A stretch of DNA of 64,000 bases from Orbicella franksi (Eukaryota). The translations under genes and the position numbers were made by a program. Location of the stretch: positions 22,010,001-22,074,000 of the forward strand of contig OZ116702.1 of assembly GCA_964199315.1 (NCBI GenBank). Reading direction: 5' to 3'. The notes below the pieces were generated by a model. That model was not told the origin of the DNA. It saw only the letters and a list, made by a program, of their open reading frames with translations, and made no database searches. How positions within the stretch are numbered: the stretch's first letter is position 1; every line of letters begins with the position of its first letter. This document shows positions 56,935 through 64,000 of this stretch, in pieces.

Positions 56935-59900
56935 TGCTTCGAATCCAGGTGAGTAGTTCGCAGGAATAAGTAGCGGTATCTCCTTGTATTGTCAATGTAA
57001 TTTCCACTAATAACTTCTGCAAATAAAGGCCTTGCTTCGTATAATAGGCCAATTAGCTTCGGTCTGAGTTTCGTCGCCTCTGCTAAAAACGCTAAGAGAC
57101 GCATAATTTTAGAAGCTTTGTGTACTTTACAAGTTCACAGACTTAACTGTCGTTTGCGCTTTAAGCTAAACGAGGTGAGAATTACTTTTCAAGGGAATTA
57201 AGTCTGCAAAGGTCGCGCCATTAGGCTCGATGCGCTGGTGAGTGGTTATCCATGCGTTCAGAATTTATCAAAGTTATGCTGGGTTTAACGGCTTCATGTT
57301 CTCCTCTCATCTATTGTCAGTGAAACAGGGTTTCATTCATTTGGATATGACGGATTATTTCGAAATGGTTCAAGCTAAATCCCACGTGTTAAAAGTGCGT
57401 TTTGCCTTATCATTGACTCGCTGTTAATCGCAACCTTTTAACATGGCATCATCTTCGATGCAAAGCGAGCTTAATGGAAAATTAATTGGGCTGTTTTATT
57501 GTTTTTTCCTTCGATGGTTATTTTTTTCGCTTCCTCTGGGACCATCGAGCGTTCAAAAGGGATTGCATGATTGTATGTGAGGCATGTTAGCGTTCACTGG
57601 CATCGCTCTTGAAAGGGCAAATTAATTTCTTTCTCAAAGACAGAAAAACGTCACTCTCAATTTTTTTGTGCCGATCGGGTTGAAGCAAATGGCTCTGGTT
57701 TTGGATTTTTTTGATAACACAAAGTGTGTTTTTAGTCTCCGCCAGAGGCGAAAATGAATTATTTATCTTAATCAACAAAAAAATGGACATTTGCACTCTT
57801 TCGAGAAAGCGTTCTCGTCGATTATGATTTTTTTTGTGTGTCTCGTGCGTCTGTTTAATGTCGCCCGATCGTGTGCATTCTTTTAAAAGTTGTACTCTAT
57901 CTGTTTTCGCAAGATTCCCCCACTGAGCTGTTTGGCAGCGATCTTTTGTTCCAGAAAAGAAAAGAAATTATGCGTTTTAATAGGGTGCTAATATTCTTTT
58001 TCTAATGTCCTTACATGACAAACATGCTTAAAGCTAAGCATTTACTTCTGATCTCGGAAGTATCCGCGTATCATAGGCCGATCTTTTTGTTCTTGTTCGT
58101 AAGTAAGTGTATTTTTGGGAAGGTAGTGTTTTTCGTCGCCTCCTCTAAAGGAATTAGGCTTAGTCTAACCACTTTAAGTTGTCAGATTATAACATAGCAA
58201 TGATGTGGGGTGTTGCATTTGTAAATAAGGTTGCCGCAAAGAAATGGCTCATTTGGCGTGAGGAATGAAGAGGAATGCGTTTTTACCATTTATCAGGTTT
58301 CACATCAACGCTTTGCCAGATAATATCGCCAGTATTATTTTTCAGAGCACAGATCAAAACAGAGATTTGCTGTAAACCGAAAAATGGAAAATCGAAAGTA
58401 TTGCAAAAAATAACTATTAGTTTATGTATGAGTATGGCTGTAGCTAGATTTCTTTTCTGCGTCGTGTTGATTTAGGCTCTTCGCGTGAGAAGCCCTCTCC
58501 ATTTATTTGGCGTTTGATGTTTCAAACGTTCTTTGTAATGCAGTTCCCATGTCTTGATGTTTGATTCTTGTTAAGGTCTTTTGGAAAAAACGAAACAAAA
58601 TATTTATAACTCTCTTTTTCTTGTTCAATGTTTGTAATTAATGCACAACTTGCATATGTTAAGGTTTTCCTCTACATAAATTAATTTTGACTAATGTATC
58701 TGCCATTTTATAGGAGCATTTTTGCTTGAAACACGAAACTATGACGTGCGAAGACAAATTTCAGTGTACATTAGTTGTGTGCAGATTAGAAATCTGATCA
58801 TTTTTTTTTTTGCAGAGCTCTTTGTCTCTTAGGCTTTTAAAAAACCATTAGCGACATTAGGGTATTAGCCCACATGAGCTTTTAAGTGGTAAAAAAAATT
58901 AACATCCAGTGATTCATAGTCTGCTGCAAAATCTACTTGAAATTAAAAAGAGAATCTTTGGTGATTAATTCAATTTTGAGTTGGAAGGATTGGGTTAGTT
59001 CTGCACAAAAGAAATTACATGTAGTATACAGTAGAATTAATTGAAATCACATTATCTCTTTATTTCTCAACATAGACTTAAGTCAAAGGCTTTCGATTAC
59101 AAGCTGTGGTGTGCCACTATTGTGATAAATCCTCATCCCTTCACTTAAAAAGCCTTCAAATCAGAAAAAAAAAAAAAAAAACAGATTTACTAGGTGTTTT
59201 GAACTAGCAGCCCAACACAGAAGTATTGCTTAATAGCTTTCATTTGAATGGCCACACACTAGGGTTTTATCCACATAATATTAGCTAGAAGATTCTGTTT
59301 AATGTTGCAAAAGATGAAGGTTTTCGTTTCAAAGATCAGAAGCAATTGATGGTCTCAGAATTCTAGTTTTTTGGGAATAATACATGTAACACCTTTGTCT
59401 CGTTTTCAATCTGTCCTTTGCAACAAAATGAAGGTACCCTTTTAGAGACCTCTCCTGCCATCCTATTCTTAAATGTCTCACATTATCTTATAACCAAATA
59501 TCTAAAATTATTGCTGTAATTCATTGCCATTATAAATTCACGAGCGAAAAAAGATAATTAGGTGATTCAAAATTCTTTATTTACCTTACAAGACCTGTGT
59601 GGGTTGTAATTTGATTTCGTACATGTATATACGTTTGAAGAATGTTCCAGAAACTTAAAAATTGCTCACTTTTGAACTTTATAAGCTAAGAGGTATTGTG
59701 TTGATTGACACTACAAAGTAACATCTCTGTTTTTGAAGAGAGAAAACATGACTGATTTTCTTCTTGTCCTAATGCAATTTTTGTTTGGCAGATTAATGTT
59801 TCTTGTATAATGCAAGCTTCAGTACAGTCTTTTTATGCCAAGTTGAACAGATGTAGTTTTTGGTCTTTAAGAGATCTCCATTACTGACAAGATAACAAGC

Positions 59901-62236
59901 ATATAAAAGTAAATCAGAATGTCACAAAAGGGAAGCATTTTGTGAACTTTGCAGCCTTCATTATTTTGTATTTGGCTGATATTCAACAGCCACAAAGTCT
60001 TTTCTGAAAGGAATGATAATACTTTATATGACTTATGCTTGTGATGTTTTTCTTCCTCTTGGTCATGTCTACTGGTTTTGACTCAAACAAATTCAGACTT
60101 GTCCTAATAGTTTATAGCTTTGAATGGTTGAGCTTGCTTGTTCTTTTGACAGCCTGGAAAGTTTTGTAATGTCTAACTGTAATTCTATCATCAGTCTTTT
60201 CACAAGTGTTCAAGTGGTATTGTTAATTATTGCTTTTTCATGCAAGGAACTCGAAAAACCATTTTGGTCTAAGTCTTTGATTTCGTGTACATGTTGTTTA
60301 AGTTCTAAATTATTCTAATGAGAGTGTTGAGTTTCTAAATCATGTGGTATTCTTGAACATTTTGCATTTTCTGTTTGTCATTCAGAAGTGTTGGTCATTA
60401 TCATTTCATGTATTTTTGGTTTACTAAAGGTGTGAAAGGTAGATTGAATAACTCCGTTATCTTCCATTCCAGCTTTTCTTAAAACTTGGTTGAAACCAAT
60501 TTATTTCTGTGGTACACACATTTCTAATTGTATTGTTATGATATACAAAATTGTATGCAAAAAAAATTATTTGGGCCTAATTCTTACAAACTATTTTTCT
60601 TATAATTTAAAAATATATAATACCCAGTGAATTTGATTGAATGCAATATTTGTGGTTAGTGAATGTTTACAAAGGGAAGTTTACTCTGTCGGAAGAGAAA
60701 ATGAGGTTGTTAAATGCATTAAAGCACTGTGTTTGTTAACACCGAACCTCTGTTGTTCATGATTGAAACAATTTTTGTATGTTAAATGTATGGTAAATTT
60801 AGTGTCATTTAGAATAGACAGTTAACATGTAGGCAACTGCATAGTGATGTTTGATTTTTCTTTGATATGTACAGCTGTATGCTTTAATGGCTATTTTTAA
60901 ATCTTACTTGATTATTTCTTAGCAGTGAAGTGTGACAGTTGCTGTGCCTCGTTGTTTGTCTTAATAGATCTACAGCAGTAGCTGTGTTTGAAGAGTTTAA
61001 AATTTTTGAAATATTGGCTTGCTGTTTCAATTGTTCTAGAATGCAAAAAGCAATTTACACAGTGGGGTGGTGAATGCTTTTGACAGCTTTGTGTTAGGTT
61101 GTCAAACCAATCTAGTTTACCATCAGTCATGCTAAAATCAACAATGTTGATTTTGCCGTCTACTTTTGTCTTAGTAATTAGTTGGTGGAATAATTTACAT
61201 ATGTGTGGCAGCGTGTTTTTAGTGATGCTTGTGGTGTATTTAGGTCTTGCATTCTTTTGTTCAGTTGAAAAAATTGGTTCAGTAATAAACGTGCCCATTA
61301 TGTGAAAGGGTATTCCATTAAACAAAACATTTGTAATTATTTCATGCTCTTTTGTTGTACTTTGTATTAATGTTTCAAAGTCCAAATGACCTCTCGCTGT
61401 TGGTAAATGGGTGTTACAAAAACGTTTTCCTCTTTGTCTTATGATGGTCAAAAGAACAGCTAGCCTCTGAAGGCAGCTCTGTGGGAATAATGTGTTTAAC
61501 AATTAACTTGCAGGAGGCCTTGTTATGTTATCAAAATAACTCCATTTATGTTGAGGAAATTGTTTTGCTTCCTGTGTCTGCATTCATTGCAGAAAGGAAC
61601 AATGTAAATGAGTTGCGTTAAGGGTGTGAATGGCGGTCTTAAACCATTTAAAGCTCCTAGTGGTTTTCCATTACGTTAATTGGTTTTTTTTTTTGGTATT
61701 GGTTGAAAAAAAAGGGGAAGAAGGAAACAATAAGCTGTCTACAAAATGTTTATGCCTGGACTTTTTATTCGAAAAAATCAGTTTTGAAGAAAGTAATGCT
61801 TGAACTTTATGTGCAAGTCAATGTTCAATTCTTATTGAGTGTAACAAAGCTTCTGTTAAATATACTTGCTCTGTACTTTTCAATTATTATTGCTTCTAGA
61901 ATCCAAGAGAAAGTATCCATTCCATAACAAGTTTAGTCCTTGGATATGTGACAATGTTTGTTCAGTTTGTTTTCCTTATCTTTCTATAATTGGCATGCTA
62001 GCATGTACCACTTAAGGCCACGTGATTTCCATGAGGGGATTAAGCTGTTCTCTTGTTGTATCCTTTCACTATTTTTCCTTCCAAGGGATTTTGGACGATC
62101 ATACTTAGCTCTTTGTGTATAGAGAGGAACTATTGGAAGTTTTACATGAAAGATTGTGAAAAAAATTGTTTTCTGTATAATGCTTTGAAAACATGTAAGT
62201 GCATAATAGCTTTGCTTATGGTGTTCCTTGTAATAA

Positions 62237-62327
62237 TCATTGTCGAGCAGAGCAGTCTGGTGATCTAAGAAGAAAGAATATGAACTGCGGTGTAAGAGGG
62301 TCTTTTTGATGCACCTCCAGTTTAACA
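62237..62327 (-). CDS. Putative terminal exon of an unidentified - strand gene
   Basis: Acceptor CATTTTTTCAG; (G)VKLEVHQKDPLTPQFIFFLLRSPDCSARQ* joins the 63294-63418 exon in frame. Confidence 0.4.
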
Positions 62328-62718
62328 CTGAAAAAATGTGAGACAATCACAAAATGTTAATTTCTGGTGACATGATAAATTATTCAGCATTTTCTTGAGT
62401 GGTCTTCAATTGAATCTGTACCTCAGGCAGAATGTGTCAGAGTTTGATTTATGGCTGCATGAACTGGCTCGTTAAGACTTTACGCAGCCCCAGGTGGTCT
62501 TCTATAATTAATATACAGCAAGTATCTATTTGGAGTATTCTATAGTTTCATTTCTTTTAATGCTTTTATTCTAAATTAGTAGCCTTTTTTAAGAGTGAAG
62601 ATATATTAAATGGGGATAGCATTGCTTCAAATTATGAAACTTGTATCGTGAACATTTCTTCAATGACATTTTGGAAACTAGACTTTGGGTCAGGATCAGA
62701 TTGTTTGCTAAAGGATAT

Positions 62719-62887
62719 TGTGCAGTTCCAAAAATATTCATACTCCTCCCACGGAAGGGATTGGAGCTTCCTGTGGGGGGGGGGGGGGGGAGGTGGGGGG
62801 CTCTGTAAGGCCAAAAAATTTAAAGAAATGTGTGAAACTTGTTTGGAATTCCCAGAGGGGGGTATGGATATTTTGTGGAGCTACACA
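62719..62887. mobile_element. MITE with TGTG...CACA ends and an internal G-run
   Basis: TGTGCAGTTCCAAAAATATTCATAC / GTATGGATATTTTGTGGAGCTACACA; a related right end at ~2500-2530. Confidence 0.7.
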
Positions 62888-63066
62888 TTCTTGTTGTGTG
62901 GTGGTATGTTAAGTTATCAGCAAGCTTTGAAAGAATATAGAATTGTCTTGATTACATACCTGTGCACTGAAAATATCAATCTTCACCCCAGCTCATCCTT
63001 ATGGACCAATTTCTTATGTGATTATCCCTTTAAGTCTGGCTGAATTGTGTGGTCAAAAATGTAATA

Positions 63067-63236
63067 CAATCGAACCCCTATTAAGCAGCCACCTATTTAA
63101 CGGCCACCCCTATTAGGTGGCCAGTAATCAAACTCCCGATAAGGTTTTTTCTATTGTTTCTACCTCTATTAAGCAGCCAGCCCCTTCGGCCACTATTCGT
63201 TTCCCCGAGGGTGGCTGCTTAATAAGGGTTGAACTG
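63067..63236. mobile_element. Pogo/Tigger-like MITE, same family as 44782-45244
   Basis: TA TSD on both sides; imperfect TIR CAATCGAACCCCTATTAAGCAGCC / GGCTGCTTAATAAGGGTTGAACTG. Confidence 0.8.
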
Positions 63237-63293
63237 TATTATACGTGTAATTCCTTTTATTTTGCAGTAATTAGCCCATATATCGGAACAAAC

Positions 63294-63418
63294 CCATCCA
63301 ACTTTGCAAGGACCTGTTGTCTTCTTCCTTCATCGCTGAAATGCCGCCAAGCATGTCGCAAAGGAAGACCAGAGGACTTGAGGAAAAACTGCTCAGAAGT
63401 AGAAGAGGTACAGTCATA
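63294..63418 (-). CDS. Putative internal exon of an unidentified - strand gene
   Basis: Acceptor ATTATCTTTAG, donor GG|GTTTGT; YDCTSSTSEQFFLKSSGLPLRHAWRHFSDEGRRQQVLAKLD; GC above the flanks. Confidence 0.45.
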
Positions 63419-63607
63419 CTAAAGATAATTAATTTAATCAGTCTATAATGCATGCTAACTTTTCTTTGGTAAGTTTCTTTATTCAAAAACTGCAAATCAC
63501 TCAATGTCAAGGAAAACTTGTGCATTAATTTGGCCAGGTCTTGGCTAACAAAAGGATTTCTCCCTTGTACTGTCCTGGAAAAATCATGGACAACTTATCA
63601 ATATTAA

Positions 63608-63649
63608 CTAGTAGTAATCAGAGATTATGAGAGTGCGTTCGACGCACTC
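63608..63649 (-). mobile_element. Helitron-like 3' terminus
   Basis: Minus strand: hairpin GAGTGCGT-CGA-ACGCACTC, 19 nt, then CTAG|T. Confidence 0.4.
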
Positions 63650-64000
63650 ACTTTAATATATAATTATATATCGTAAATAAATGATTTCAATAGCTGACTT
63701 TCAACCTTTGTCTATTGCTAAAATCAACATTTTTCAGCAGCAACCGAGGTTTTACAGTCAGATATGCATAGTGTCAAAGTCCATGCTAGTGAAGAGGTCA
63801 CGATTTGTTGATACGTTGCGTGACGCTGCCAGTTTCTGTAGTCTCTCAAGCTTCATAGAATATTTAAATTACGTACATTATTCTAAGCTAGCATTTGCCG
63901 TCGCGTGCTCGTTTCACGACTAATTCGAGTATTTCCCTGATGAATAAAGTAGTCTTATGGATCTTGCCTTCAGAGAACTTTTTCACCGATTCCAAACAAT

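Overview
AT-rich eukaryotic genomic DNA, inferred to be a stony coral or other hexacorallian anthozoan from the hedgehog sequence and the repeat families; no bacterial operons or CRISPR arrays. Two genes can be fully reconstructed on the + strand: a 3-exon hedgehog gene (17413-19282, 399 aa, Hedge + Hint/Hog, G|CF site) and, 13.5 kb downstream, an 8-exon NHEJ1/XLF gene (32821-41076, about 353-366 aa). This pairing mirrors the vertebrate IHH-NHEJ1 linkage and is the most notable observation. Between them lies a decayed DIRS/PAT-like tyrosine-recombinase retrotransposon (- strand; RT, RNase H, adenine-MTase-like, YR). It abuts a Penelope RT fragment, and part of its RNase H is replaced by a young 261-bp tandem array carrying tRNA-like Pol III units. 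Weaker candidates are a small spliced gene (7690-8477, 106 aa), a spliced + strand transcript with a 50-aa signal-peptide-like ORF (55859-56934) and the 3' exons of an unidentified - strand gene (62237-63418). The rest is MITEs, SINEs and long hairpin repeats. Most ORF-track entries are spurious. All family assignments are by eye and from memory; no searches were run.
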